From Candidatus Kapaibacterium sp. (GTDB lineage: Bacteria; Bacteroidota; Ignavibacteria; Kapaibacteriales; UBA2268), in assembly GCA_963664875.1 (NCBI GenBank), contig OY761611.1, positions 224,001 through 288,000 on the forward strand: DNA of 64,000 nucleotides, in the 5' to 3' direction. The position numbers and the translations under genes are program-made. Numbering within the stretch: the first letter of the stretch is position 1; the number at the start of each line of letters is the position of its first letter. Shown here piece after piece: positions 39,206 to 49,139 of this stretch. The notes under the pieces were generated by a model, which was not told where the DNA came from, ran no database searches, and was given only the letters and a program-made list of their open reading frames with translations.

Positions 39206-40363
39206 TTATAGAATGTAAAATAAAATCGAAATAGTAGCACCGGTGTCAATATTATTTTGTGCTTTTATAGCTGCATTGTGACTATCTAAGATAATTTTTG
39301 CTGTAGCCATGCCTAAGCCAAAACCCTCACCATGCGACATTAAATCATCAGATTCAAAAAAGGTGAATAAATTGGACAATGCTTCTTTGGAGAATCCTAT
39401 TCCTTTATCTATAATATCTAATCTGACTTCGTCCGCATTTTTAGTAAGTCTAATCTCGATAATACCATTTTCGTAGGAATATTTAATGGAGTTATCTAAA
39501 ATTATTTCTATAACTTTTTGGATTAAATAAGAGTCTCCCTTAATGCTAAACTCTTCTTTTGTAAGCTCTTTACGAAGATTGATAGATTTGGCAGCAAGTT
39601 TGTTCTCCAGACTCATTACTGCAGTTTCAATCAGTAGTTTGATTGGAATATCTTCTATATGGAAATGATATGAGTTATTTTGAATACGAGTAATCAACTG
39701 AGAAAAGCTGGAAAATCTATGCAATCTTGATACTGATTGTTTGATATTATCAAGATATTCAAGGTGTTCGCTATCGCTAATTTCAGCTTTAAGCAGGTTC
39801 ACAAATCCATCTATTCCTGTTAGAGGAGTATTGAGTTCGTGAGCAAGCAAACTTAGAAAATAATTCTTAGATTTATCGAGTTGAAGGAGTTTTTGGTTAG
39901 CCGCATTTAGCTCTTGAGTTCTGACCAAAACTTTTTCTTCCAATGTTGCATTTAGCTCTTTAAGTTGTAGAGTTTTATCGTGCAGCTCTAATTGAGTACG
40001 TACCCTAGCAATAAGTTCTTCTGAATTGAATGGCTTTGTTAAATAATCAACTGCACCCATTCTAAATCCTTTAACAATATCTTCTGTTTCGGTTTTTGCA
40101 GTAAGAAAAATCACAGGAATATCTTTTGTAGATTCTTGAGATTTAATAATTTCGCAAACTTCATAACCGTCCATCTCAGGCATCATAACATCTAAAAGAA
40201 TCATAGCAGGTGTGATTTCCTGCAAAGTTTCCAAAGCTGAGGCTCCGCTGTCTGCCATCGCAATTTCGCAACCTTGTTGATACAAAATTGTGCCGAGTAC
40301 CTGTAAATTTTTAGGAACATCATCAACAATCAAAATAATTGGCTTTTCAATATTGTTGCTCAT
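39206..40363 (-). CDS. Hybrid receiver-histidine kinase with no sensor domain
   Basis: ILIVDD, LLDVMMP, KPF, AHELNTPL, NSIKY, DKGIG, GFGLG. Confidence 0.92.
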   Translation of the reverse strand: MSNNIEKPIILIVDDVPKNLQVLGTILYQQGCEIAMADSGASALETLQEITPAMILLDVMMPEMDGYEVCEIIKSQESTKDIPVIFLTAKTETEDIVKGFRMGAVDYLTKPFNSEELIARVRTQLELHDKTLQLKELNATLEEKVLVRTQELNAANQKLLQLDKSKNYFLSLLAHELNTPLTGIDGFVNLLKAEISDSEHLEYLDNIKQSVSRLHRFSSFSQLITRIQNNSYHFHIEDIPIKLLIETAVMSLENKLAAKSINLRKELTKEEFSIKGDSYLIQKVIEIILDNSIKYSYENGIIEIRLTKNADEVRLDIIDKGIGFSKEALSNLFTFFESDDLMSHGEGFGLGMATAKIILDSHNAAIKAQNNIDTGATISILFYIL

Positions 40364-40448
40364 AAAATACCGAAGTGGGTTGAGTAATACAGAATAGAAT
40401 ATTATACGAATAAGAATTGATTAAGTTGGAATATTCAGCTTGAAAATC

Positions 40449-40479
40449 AAAAAAAAGCCCAAAAAAGATATTTGGGCTT
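40449..40479 (-). terminator. Intrinsic terminator after tsaD
   Basis: AAGCCCAAA / TTTGGGCTT stem with A run on the plus strand. Confidence 0.8.
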
Positions 40480-40487
40480 AAATGTAA

Positions 40488-41522
40488 TTATTTGCTTTTC
40501 GTTTTTTTAGTTTTAGCTCTCAGTGCTGTTGGATTTACAATAAAATCCAAATCATCAAAGCCTGAACTGCCATTTTCTTCGTATTTTTTTTGAGCAATGA
40601 AGCCAATCATAGCAGCATTATCCATGCAATATATCATATCCGGAGCGACTGTTTTCATGTTAAATTTAGCAGCCTCTTCAGTCATTTGAGATCTTAATTG
40701 AGAATTGGCTGATACTCCGCCGGCAATAACAATCGTTTTTGCTTTAAACTTTTTAGCTGCTGCAAGAGTTTTATGGACTAAAACGTCAACAATAGCACTT
40801 TGAACTGAAGCGGCTAAGTCAGGCATTTTATCTTCAGGTACACCTTCAGGAAATGTCTTTTGCACAAAGTAACGTACAGAAGTTTTTAGACCTGAAAAGC
40901 TAAAATCGAAATCGTCTGAATGTATCATTGAACGAGGGAAATCATAAGTTTTATCATTTCCTTGTTTTGATAATTTGTCTATCAAAGGTCCACCGGGATA
41001 AGTTAATCCCATCAGTTTGGCTATTTTATCAAAAGCTTCACCTGCTGCATCGTCTCGTGTCATTCCAACGATGTCATATTCATTATAAGATTTGACATTA
41101 AAAATTACTGTGTGGCCACCGCTGACAACTAATGTTACAAAAGGAAAAGTAATGGAGCTGTCTTGCAAGCAACCCGAATAAAGATGTCCTTCAATATGAT
41201 TCACAGGGATAATAGGTTTGTTGTACCTGATAGCAAGACCTTTGGCAAAATTGGAACCGACTATAAGAGAGCCAACTAATCCGGGCTCTGTAGTTACGGC
41301 AAAGGCATCTATGTTTTCTATATTTAATTCACTTTGTTTAAGTGCCTCTGCAGTGAGAGCAGAAATTAATTTGATATGAGCTCTCGAAGCAAGTTCAGGA
41401 ATGATACCACCATACTTCCCATGAAATTTTTGGGAGGAGATAAGACAGCTTTTCACTTTATCGGAATCTAACACTGAGACAGAAGTATCGTCACAGGAAG
41501 ACTCAATAGCTAATATTCTCAT
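40488..41522 (-). CDS. tsaD: tRNA N6-adenosine threonylcarbamoyltransferase
   Basis: LAIESSCDDT, PELASRAH, HIEGH, SGGHT, DDAAGEAFDK, DNAAMI. Confidence 0.97.
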   Translation of the reverse strand: MRILAIESSCDDTSVSVLDSDKVKSCLISSQKFHGKYGGIIPELASRAHIKLISALTAEALKQSELNIENIDAFAVTTEPGLVGSLIVGSNFAKGLAIRYNKPIIPVNHIEGHLYSGCLQDSSITFPFVTLVVSGGHTVIFNVKSYNEYDIVGMTRDDAAGEAFDKIAKLMGLTYPGGPLIDKLSKQGNDKTYDFPRSMIHSDDFDFSFSGLKTSVRYFVQKTFPEGVPEDKMPDLAASVQSAIVDVLVHKTLAAAKKFKAKTIVIAGGVSANSQLRSQMTEEAAKFNMKTVAPDMIYCMDNAAMIGFIAQKKYEENGSSGFDDLDFIVNPTALRAKTKKTKSK

Positions 41523-41525
41523 AAA

Positions 41526-41924
41526 TTATACTTTCAAATTTGAATTTTGTAGTTCAATCTTTTTAATTTTTTTTTCTAAAGTTTGAGCAGTAAATGGTTT
41601 TACAATATAGTCGTTAACTCTTGCCCTCATAGCTTCCATGACATCTGTCTTGTTGTCTTTGGAAGTTACCATTAGAATGGGTACGTTCTCAAGTTTCTTA
41701 TTAGACCTCATTGCTCTGGCTAAATCTAGTCCACTGAACTTTGGCATAATCCAATCTGTAATAACCAAATCGAAATGATGTTTGCCCATAAGTTCTAATG
41801 CTTCGTTACCATCTTCAGCTTCCAATATATCACTATATCCTAAAGTTTTTAAGGAATTAATTAGTACTCGGCGCATTATGGACAAATCTTCTACAACCAA
41901 TATTTTCTTGATTTCATAAATCAT
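41526..41924 (-). CDS. Single-domain response regulator (CheY-like)
   Basis: ILVVED, EAEDG.EAL, ITDWIMP, PILMVT, YIVKPFT; ATG at 41924 preferred. Confidence 0.88.
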   Translation of the reverse strand: MIYEIKKILVVEDLSIMRRVLINSLKTLGYSDILEAEDGNEALELMGKHHFDLVITDWIMPKFSGLDLARAMRSNKKLENVPILMVTSKDNKTDVMEAMRARVNDYIVKPFTAQTLEKKIKKIELQNSNLKV

Positions 41925-41941
41925 ATAGCACTCAATCGCTT

Positions 41942-43189
41942 TTATTTGCATAAATAATTATGCAGCAAAACTAATGCCATACTTACAGCTCTTTCACGGT
42001 TATATTCTCTGTTGTTACCGAAATTATATTTATAAGCTAAAGTAGAATCAGAAGTGCTTAAACCAATCCAAACAGTTCCTACAGGCTTTTCTTCAGTACC
42101 ACCTGTAGGGCCGGCAATTCCTGTAATTGATAAGCCAAAATCTGTTTTGAATTTTGTTCTGACTTTACTCGCCATTTCAATAGCTGTTTCTTCTGAAACT
42201 GCTCCGTATAAATTTATAGTATCTTCGCTAACTCCCAAAGAGTCAATTTTAATTGAATTGCTGTAAGAAATAATCCCGCCTTCAAAATATGCACTACTAC
42301 CCGCCATATCTGTGATAAAACCACCTAACAAACCACCTGTGCAAGATTCTGCAACGGACAATGTTTGATTGCGTTCTATAAGTTTCTTACCGATAGCTGA
42401 AGATATATTTTCATCATTGAAGCCGATGAAATATTCCGATGCTTTTTCAAGAATATAACTTTCAAGCCCTGCAATATTTTTATCGGCAATGTCCATGTTT
42501 TCGGCATTCGCACCTATTCTAAGCCTAATTCCTTTGTAATTTGGCAAAAAGGCTAAAGTTCTTCCTGACAGGACTGTGTCATCTATTTGAAGCAAATCTG
42601 CAAGCGAGGACTCAGGGATACCGGCAAAATTGAGTACTTTATATTTGCAGACATCGTGCTCATCTTTTGTTATTAAAGTCTTAATAATATCGAGTATATG
42701 ATCTTCCGCCAGACCTTTCATTTCGGCAGGTACACCCGGTAACGAGAAGAAATGCTTCCCATCGCGTTCTATATAAATTCCCGGAGCGGTACCGCGATTA
42801 TTTTTTAGTGGAATCGCCACATCAGGAATCATAGCCTGTAATCTGTTCCTTTCTGTAACCGTACGGTTCAATCTTGCAAAAATGCTTTCTACATTTTTAT
42901 ATGCTTCGTCGTTAAAGATAAGCTTTGAGTCGAAATAATCACAAAGAATATCTTTAGTAATGTCATCATGTGTTGGGCCCAAACCACCTGTTGTAATGAT
43001 AATATCCGAAAATTCAGAAAGGCGGCTCAATTCAGATTTTAACATTTCGGGCTCATCACCAATAACTGAATGAGTAACTACCTGAGCTCCTGTTTTAGTA
43101 ACTTCTTGAGCGAGCCAAGCAGCATTTGTGTTAACTACCTGACCTATACATAGTTCGTCACCAATAGAAATCAAAGATACTTTAAGCAT
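41942..43189 (-). CDS. cinA: CinA family protein (MoCF domain plus PncC NMN deamidase)
   Basis: IGDEL, GGLGPT.DDIT, LPGVP.EM, AESCTGG, TGIAGP.GG..EKPVGTV. Confidence 0.95.
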   Translation of the reverse strand: MLKVSLISIGDELCIGQVVNTNAAWLAQEVTKTGAQVVTHSVIGDEPEMLKSELSRLSEFSDIIITTGGLGPTHDDITKDILCDYFDSKLIFNDEAYKNVESIFARLNRTVTERNRLQAMIPDVAIPLKNNRGTAPGIYIERDGKHFFSLPGVPAEMKGLAEDHILDIIKTLITKDEHDVCKYKVLNFAGIPESSLADLLQIDDTVLSGRTLAFLPNYKGIRLRIGANAENMDIADKNIAGLESYILEKASEYFIGFNDENISSAIGKKLIERNQTLSVAESCTGGLLGGFITDMAGSSAYFEGGIISYSNSIKIDSLGVSEDTINLYGAVSEETAIEMASKVRTKFKTDFGLSITGIAGPTGGTEEKPVGTVWIGLSTSDSTLAYKYNFGNNREYNRERAVSMALVLLHNYLCK

Positions 43190-43208
43190 TTTGATTAGTC
43201 CTTTATAT

Positions 43209-43246
43209 AAAAAAAGAGGCAGACTATAGAATAAATAGTCTGCCTC
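43209..43246 (-). terminator. Intrinsic terminator after rpsA
   Basis: Perfect 12-bp stem GAGGCAGACTAT / ATAGTCTGCCTC with A run. Confidence 0.9.
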
Positions 43247-43268
43247 AAACTTACGAAAATGCTATATA

Positions 43269-45182
43269 TTATTCTGCAGATTTTTCTTCAGCAGCGTCTT
43301 CAGCAGTTACTTCATATTTGTCGTCTTTTTTAGGAACGTCAAATACTTCAGGTACGTTCTTTTCATCTTCAGGAATTTCAATTGGAGTATTATCATAAGC
43401 ATATTTTTCAGCATTTGGCACCGGATGTGCTGCTAAGTATGCTTCGATAACAGAATTGTCTTTACCTCTTAGAGCTTCAACGACAGAAAGAACAATTTTT
43501 TTAGATTCTTTGTCGAATTCAACAACTTTCAAAGGTAAAACATCTCCTAATTTGAAGAATTCACTGATATTTTTAACAGGAGCAAAAGAAAGTTGAGAAA
43601 CAGGTACGAAACCGTCAACACCTTTAGGAAGTTCTACGATTACACCTTTTTCAATAATTCTTTCAATTTTAGCTTCTGTTTCAGCACCAACTTTATATTC
43701 TTCTTCGAATAGTTCCCAAGGATTATCGTTGATTTGTTTGTGACCTAAAGCAATTCTTCTTTGGTCAGGATCGATGCTAAGAACAACAACATCTAATTCA
43801 TCGCCTTTTTTAACAAATTCTCCCGGGTGACGGATTTTTTTAGTCCAAGACAAGTCGCTGATGTGAACCAAACCATCTACGCCCGGTTCCAATTCAACGA
43901 ATACGCCAAAGTTAGTAAGGTTTCTAACGATACCTTTTTTAACTGAATCAACAGGATATTTTTTCATTAGGTCTTGCCATGGATCTGGTTCTAATTGTTT
44001 CATACCCAAAGCAAGTTTTTTATTGTCTTTATCTATGTTAAGAACAATTGCGTCAACAACCTGACCCATAGAAACGATTTGAGAAGGATGTTTAACGTGT
44101 TGAGTCCAAGACATTTCAGAGATGTGGATTAGACCTTCGATACCTTTTTCGATTTCGATAAATGCACCGTAATCAGTCAAGCTAACAACTTTACCTGAAA
44201 CTTTAGTACCTTGTTCGTATTTTTCACCAATATTATCCCAAGGGTGAGAAGTAAGCTGTTTCATACCCAAAGAAATTCTGCGTTTATCTTCGTCAAAGTC
44301 TAATACAACAACTTTAACTGTTTCGTCCAATTTAACGATTTCAGACGGATGAGTAACACGACCCCAAGAAAGGTCAGTGATGTGAACAAGACCGTCAACA
44401 CCGCCAAGATCAACGAATACACCAAAGTCTGCAATAGCTTTAACTGTACCTTCAAGAACAAGACCTTTTTCAAGTTTGCCCATGATAGCTTCGCGTTGTT
44501 CTTTAAGCTGTTCTTCGAGAAGAACTTTGTGAGAAACAACTACGTTTTCAGAAGGGTGGTTTACTTTTACAACTTTAACGTCAATAGTTTTAGTTACCCA
44601 GCCATCAAAATCACGAACAGGACGAACGTCGATTTGAGAACCAGGTAAGAATGCTTCAATACCTAACAAGTCAACAACCATACCACCTTTGATGCGGCGA
44701 AGGATTTTAACCTGAGTAATTTCTTGTGTTTCGTATAATTTGAGAATGTCTTCCCATATTTTCATAAAGTCTGCACGGCGGCGAGAAAGAACTAATTTGC
44801 CACCTGCGTCTTCGATGTTTTCGATAAATACATCGATTTCATCGCCAACTTTATAAGATTCTGCATTGATCAATTCAGCTCTTGGAACAACGCCCAAAGA
44901 TTTAAAATTGATATCTACGCGAATCTCGTCTTTAGTAATTTCAACGATTCTACCTTTTACGAGCTCATCTTCTTTGATTTCGGCGATGTTGCCAATAGAC
45001 ATTTTTTCGAAAGCTTCATCGTCTAAAATCAAGTCGTTGAAGCCGTTTTCCAAAAGTTTTGTTACAGCTTCTCTGGCTCTTTCTGCTACGTTGCCTTCTT
45101 TTCCGGCATCAAGCCCTTGCATTGGATGTTTTTCAACAGATGATTCTGCAACATCTTGTAGGGTATTGTGGTTTTCTGACAT
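43269..45182 (-). CDS. rpsA: 30S ribosomal protein S1
   Basis: Six S1 repeats (AFLPGSQID, FGVFVDLGGVDGLVHITDLSW and others). Confidence 0.97.
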   Translation of the reverse strand: MSENHNTLQDVAESSVEKHPMQGLDAGKEGNVAERAREAVTKLLENGFNDLILDDEAFEKMSIGNIAEIKEDELVKGRIVEITKDEIRVDINFKSLGVVPRAELINAESYKVGDEIDVFIENIEDAGGKLVLSRRRADFMKIWEDILKLYETQEITQVKILRRIKGGMVVDLLGIEAFLPGSQIDVRPVRDFDGWVTKTIDVKVVKVNHPSENVVVSHKVLLEEQLKEQREAIMGKLEKGLVLEGTVKAIADFGVFVDLGGVDGLVHITDLSWGRVTHPSEIVKLDETVKVVVLDFDEDKRRISLGMKQLTSHPWDNIGEKYEQGTKVSGKVVSLTDYGAFIEIEKGIEGLIHISEMSWTQHVKHPSQIVSMGQVVDAIVLNIDKDNKKLALGMKQLEPDPWQDLMKKYPVDSVKKGIVRNLTNFGVFVELEPGVDGLVHISDLSWTKKIRHPGEFVKKGDELDVVVLSIDPDQRRIALGHKQINDNPWELFEEEYKVGAETEAKIERIIEKGVIVELPKGVDGFVPVSQLSFAPVKNISEFFKLGDVLPLKVVEFDKESKKIVLSVVEALRGKDNSVIEAYLAAHPVPNAEKYAYDNTPIEIPEDEKNVPEVFDVPKKDDKYEVTAEDAAEEKSAE

Positions 45183-45267
45183 TAAAGTACCTCTAAAAAA
45201 ATATTATTTAGGTTAGTGAAACATTAGCACGAATAATATATGTGCCATTACTTATATGTTTAGCTTT

Positions 45268-45298
45268 GCAATATAGCATAAAAATATCGCAAAAGCAA
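45268..45298 (-). promoter_or_regulatory. Predicted housekeeping promoter of rpsA
   Basis: Minus strand TTGCTT-N17-TATATT(GC) with TGn extended -10. Confidence 0.6.
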
Positions 45299-45340
45299 GT
45301 AAATAAATAAGATAAACAATAAAAATATCAGAGATTTATG

Positions 45341-46831
45341 TTAGGTGTGGAATATTTTGGTTCCGTTGCTGTAAGTAGCTATTATCTCGAAAAAATTGTC
45401 TTTATCTGAACTGGCTTCATTTATCACGATAAAATCAGCAGGGCTACCTATAGAGAGTGGGTGTATATTGAATAATGCTCTTGGAGATTCTGTATAAGAG
45501 GCAAGAGCCTCAGAAAAAGAAATTGCTTCTGAGGGATTAAGTACTCGAGACTTAGGAGTCAATCTATTTAAATAAGCTTTAATGCCGAATTGTGGGTTAT
45601 GTTTGTCAATTGGAAAATCAGATCCTGAAATAAGTCTAAGTTTTTTATCTAACATAGTTTTCCATGGATATGCATAGTCAATGGATTTGGGTGCAATCCT
45701 GTCAAAAAAGACAGAATCGAGATCCGAATAATAATGTAGCGGCTGGACAGACGGAATAATATTCAATTCAATCCATTTGTGTAAATCTGTTTCTTTGAGA
45801 AGTTGTAGGTGCTCGATTCTAAAATGTAAATCTGGATTGTCTTTTGCATAATTTTTATATATTTCTAAAATCATACCTACAGCTCTATCACCGATTGCAT
45901 GAGTCGCTATGTTCAATTTGTGTTTAACTGCCTCACTAATTACTTCGTGATAGTAATCAGATGTATGGAATATAAGTCCGGAACTGTCTGAATTTAGATA
46001 TTTCGAATCTAACGCAGCACCGTAGGAGCCTAAAGCTCCGTCCATAAAAAGTTTTATTCCGGCAATTTTAAAAAATCGATTATTATTAGTTTGAATAAAA
46101 TCATCGATAAAATTTAGAGAATTGACTCTATAATAAGCACGTGATTTGATGTATAACTTATTCGAGTCTTCAAGTTTCTGCATCATCGGGATAAATTCTG
46201 TTTCCAAATCCATATCATGCACTTCTGTTATGCCGACTTTTGCAAGTTCTGACTGACTTCTCTCAATTTGGTTAGCAAACTGTTCATAAGTAAACTGTGG
46301 AATTTGTGCTTCAGCATCCCACATAGCTCTATCAAGTAAAATGCCTGTAGGTTCGCCTTCTGAGTCTTTTAGGATTTCACCACCCTCAGGCGATAGAGAA
46401 TTAGCGGTAATATTGAGCAAATTTAGAGCTTTAGAATTTAGCCATGCAGCGTGGGCATCAACATTTTTGAGGAAAACAGGCACATCGGGAATGACTGAAT
46501 CTAATATTGATTTATGAGGAAATTGATTATTCTTCCATCCTGATTTATTCCAACCTAAACCAAATATCCAATCACCTCGGAAGGATGGAGAATTATATGC
46601 TTTGTAGGCACATTCTTCTGCACTTTGACAATTATTCAAGGTTAGCCCTTGTAGAACTAAACCTAAACCGTGAAAGTGGCAATGAGAATCTACAAAAGAT
46701 GACATAATCTTAAAGTTAGGATACACGGATTTATTCCCGTTTACCTCAATTACAGAGCTATTTTTTGTTTCTCTGATTTCTGAAACTAAACCATGCCTAA
46801 TAGTAATATGTAAAAATCTTGGCAGCAACAA
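45341..46831 (-). CDS. Amidohydrolase_3 (YtcJ-like) metal-dependent hydrolase; start uncertain
   Basis: DSHCH, H..WLNS.AL, KLFMDGALGS, HAIGD, RIEH, GSDFP. Confidence 0.88.
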   Translation of the reverse strand: MLLPRFLHITIRHGLVSEIRETKNSSVIEVNGNKSVYPNFKIMSSFVDSHCHFHGLGLVLQGLTLNNCQSAEECAYKAYNSPSFRGDWIFGLGWNKSGWKNNQFPHKSILDSVIPDVPVFLKNVDAHAAWLNSKALNLLNITANSLSPEGGEILKDSEGEPTGILLDRAMWDAEAQIPQFTYEQFANQIERSQSELAKVGITEVHDMDLETEFIPMMQKLEDSNKLYIKSRAYYRVNSLNFIDDFIQTNNNRFFKIAGIKLFMDGALGSYGAALDSKYLNSDSSGLIFHTSDYYHEVISEAVKHKLNIATHAIGDRAVGMILEIYKNYAKDNPDLHFRIEHLQLLKETDLHKWIELNIIPSVQPLHYYSDLDSVFFDRIAPKSIDYAYPWKTMLDKKLRLISGSDFPIDKHNPQFGIKAYLNRLTPKSRVLNPSEAISFSEALASYTESPRALFNIHPLSIGSPADFIVINEASSDKDNFFEIIATYSNGTKIFHT

Positions 46832-46846
46832 TTTCTCTGTAAAGAT

Positions 46847-46876
46847 AAAAAAAATGCTGCCCTAAGTTAGGGCAGC
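46847..46876 (-). terminator. Intrinsic terminator after ferredoxin
   Basis: GCTGCCCTAA-G-TTAGGGCAGC with A run. Confidence 0.8.
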
Positions 46877-46905
46877 TATATATACTTGTCGTATAAACTT
46901 CACAA

Positions 46906-47091
46906 TTATTTGATGATAGCTTCAACAGGGCATACATCTTGGCATTGTGGTTCGTCAAAGTGACCTTCGCATTCAACGCATACATTTGCATCGATTTCGA
47001 AATGATCTTCGCCTTCAGAAATTGCTTCTACCGGGCATTCAGGTTCGCAAGCACCACAGCTGATGCATTCGTCAGTTATTTTTAAAGCCAT
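46906..47091 (-). CDS. 2[4Fe-4S] ferredoxin
   Basis: CISCGACEPECP and CVEC-X8-CQDVCP (YfhL/Alvin type); AAGGAG RBS. Confidence 0.95.
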   Translation of the reverse strand: MALKITDECISCGACEPECPVEAISEGEDHFEIDANVCVECEGHFDEPQCQDVCPVEAIIK

Positions 47092-47194
47092 TGTAAATCT
47101 CCTTATGAGAATAATGATGTGTTTTTAAAAACTTGAGTAGCACATTTGATTTGATACCAAAATAATAAATACTTATTCTTTTCGCAAGGAAAAA

Positions 47195-48022
47195 TTACTC
47201 TGAAACCCCGAAAAAACCGCTCCAATTCTTAGTCGGAGCTAAATACTGACTATCCATATGTGTAGCAATTGAAGGCATTGGAATCCATAAGTTCCATTTT
47301 TTCCCAAAAAGAAGTCGGGAGGTGCCAAACAATAGCAATTTGATATATATCTTGGCAAATGGCAAATTAGTGAATAGATATTTTACAAACAGAGAAAAAT
47401 TGAAGGCATTTATTTTTGTGAGAGAAAGCCAGATACTATTGTCATAATTCTTTTTGAGATATGTTGCAAAAGCACCGTACGTGGCATTCAGATATTTCTT
47501 TTGAGTAAGAAATGTCATACAAGTTGTTGAGGCAGTTCTCCAGTGCCTGTTGTTGCTTATCTTTATTTGGCTTTTATAGTCATGTATATCGAGAGTGTAG
47601 TAATCTAAATGGTCGTAGGGTGAAACAAAGTGAACATCTTTGTCTGACTCTATGAGTTCAAGCATTTCATGAAAAGTATCCGTTAGATAAAAGTAATCAT
47701 CTTCTGCAAAATATATATTTTCTGCGAAGGTTTGAGTGCTCAAAATTTCTAGTTGCTTTCCCCAAGTGCCGGTATTGCCGATTCCCGGCAAATCTATCAG
47801 CTCTAGACAGTCAGCAGGAATATATTTCTTAAACATTTCAGAGTATTCAGGGGGACAGTTGTCGAGCAGTACCCAAATCTTGTAATCTACATTATTAAGA
47901 GATTTGACAAGAGAACTTAGACACAATTCTGATAGTTTATATTTGTCATCAGAGTGAACAGGAGGTACTTTTGAAACCTTGGGATATATTCTGTAACAGA
48001 TAGATACTTTATGTGTTTTCAT
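47195..48022 (-). CDS. GT-A fold glycosyltransferase-like protein
   Basis: LLDNC and IYFAEDDY motifs; adjacent to a GT2 gene. Confidence 0.65.
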   Translation of the reverse strand: MKTHKVSICYRIYPKVSKVPPVHSDDKYKLSELCLSSLVKSLNNVDYKIWVLLDNCPPEYSEMFKKYIPADCLELIDLPGIGNTGTWGKQLEILSTQTFAENIYFAEDDYFYLTDTFHEMLELIESDKDVHFVSPYDHLDYYTLDIHDYKSQIKISNNRHWRTASTTCMTFLTQKKYLNATYGAFATYLKKNYDNSIWLSLTKINAFNFSLFVKYLFTNLPFAKIYIKLLLFGTSRLLFGKKWNLWIPMPSIATHMDSQYLAPTKNWSGFFGVSE

Positions 48023-48023
48023 A

Positions 48024-48974
48024 TTATTTTGCCTGTTTCCAACATGCTGCTAATGTTTCGAAATAGTTCTGTTTATTCTCTGCTTTCATTTTGTATTTTT
48101 TTGGCAATATCTTGATTAGCAGAGTCCATAAATGATATAAAAGCTGACTGTGCTTAAGTTCTAATGTTTTAAAAATCGAAGCAGAATATTTGCTGAAATG
48201 TTTTTTGCAAAAAAGCATTTTTGAGTTTACAAAAATTTGCAACATCTTCGCATTTTTGCCTCCATTTTCTGAACTACCGCCACGCAAATGTATAATCTTT
48301 ACTTTCGGGTAAAAGATGACATAAAAATTTACTACCTGCACTTTATAGCAATAGTCAGCTTCTTCAGTATAAAAGAAATAATCTTCGTCGAATCCTCCGA
48401 CTCGTCTAAAAAGATCAGATCTTGTAAAGAGGCTGCCACCATCAGCATATCCGACACTTTTAGGGAATCTGTCGATTTTTATTTTGTTCCAAAAAAGTTT
48501 TCTTAAAGCTCTTTGGAAAGTAGAAATCATAAATAAATCTTTCAATCCTAACCTGACTCCCGGCAAATCTCCATAGCTGTATTGCCAACTTCCGTCAGGG
48601 AATGTTTGCTGTACGCCAACGACTCCTACCGTAGGATTTTTTTCTAAATAAGTCAGGATTGTTTCGATACCCTTCTCTTCGTAAATCACATCTGCGTTGG
48701 AAAGCAGTAGATATTCTGAATCGGAGTTTTTGACGCCAATGTTAATTGCTTTTGCATACCCGAGGTTTGAGTCATTAGCAATTATTTTAATGTCAGGATA
48801 TCTATTTCTCAATTCTGATACTGTATTGTCCGAAGAATTATTATCCACAACTATGATAGAGTAGGAAGTATCATGTAAAGTTGACTTAATAGACTCTATG
48901 CAATTGATAGCGTGATTAAGACAATTATAGGTTATGATAATTATATCTAACTTTCTTTGAGGCAAAAGCAACAC
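48024..48974 (-). CDS. Glycosyltransferase family 2 (rhamnosyltransferase-like)
   Basis: VVDNNSSD, NLGYAKA.N.G, GGFDEDYFFYTEEADYC. Confidence 0.9.
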   Translation of the reverse strand: MLLLPQRKLDIIIITYNCLNHAINCIESIKSTLHDTSYSIIVVDNNSSDNTVSELRNRYPDIKIIANDSNLGYAKAINIGVKNSDSEYLLLSNADVIYEEKGIETILTYLEKNPTVGVVGVQQTFPDGSWQYSYGDLPGVRLGLKDLFMISTFQRALRKLFWNKIKIDRFPKSVGYADGGSLFTRSDLFRRVGGFDEDYFFYTEEADYCYKVQVVNFYVIFYPKVKIIHLRGGSSENGGKNAKMLQIFVNSKMLFCKKHFSKYSASIFKTLELKHSQLLYHLWTLLIKILPKKYKMKAENKQNYFETLAACWKQAK

Positions 48975-49139
48975 CCTTTATTACTTAGGTTTATTTATAA
49001 TCTGCTAATATAAATAAAAAAAAGATATTCTGTTCTTACTATAAGTAAAAGACAGTGACCATAACAATTTATGTTTTTTGTATAAAGTATTATTAGTATA
49101 TTCCGTTTTTGTGTTAAATCAGATATTTCAAATGCCATA

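Noticed and set aside
43500-44500. Internal repeats in rpsA
   Set aside because: Ordinary S1 domain repeats
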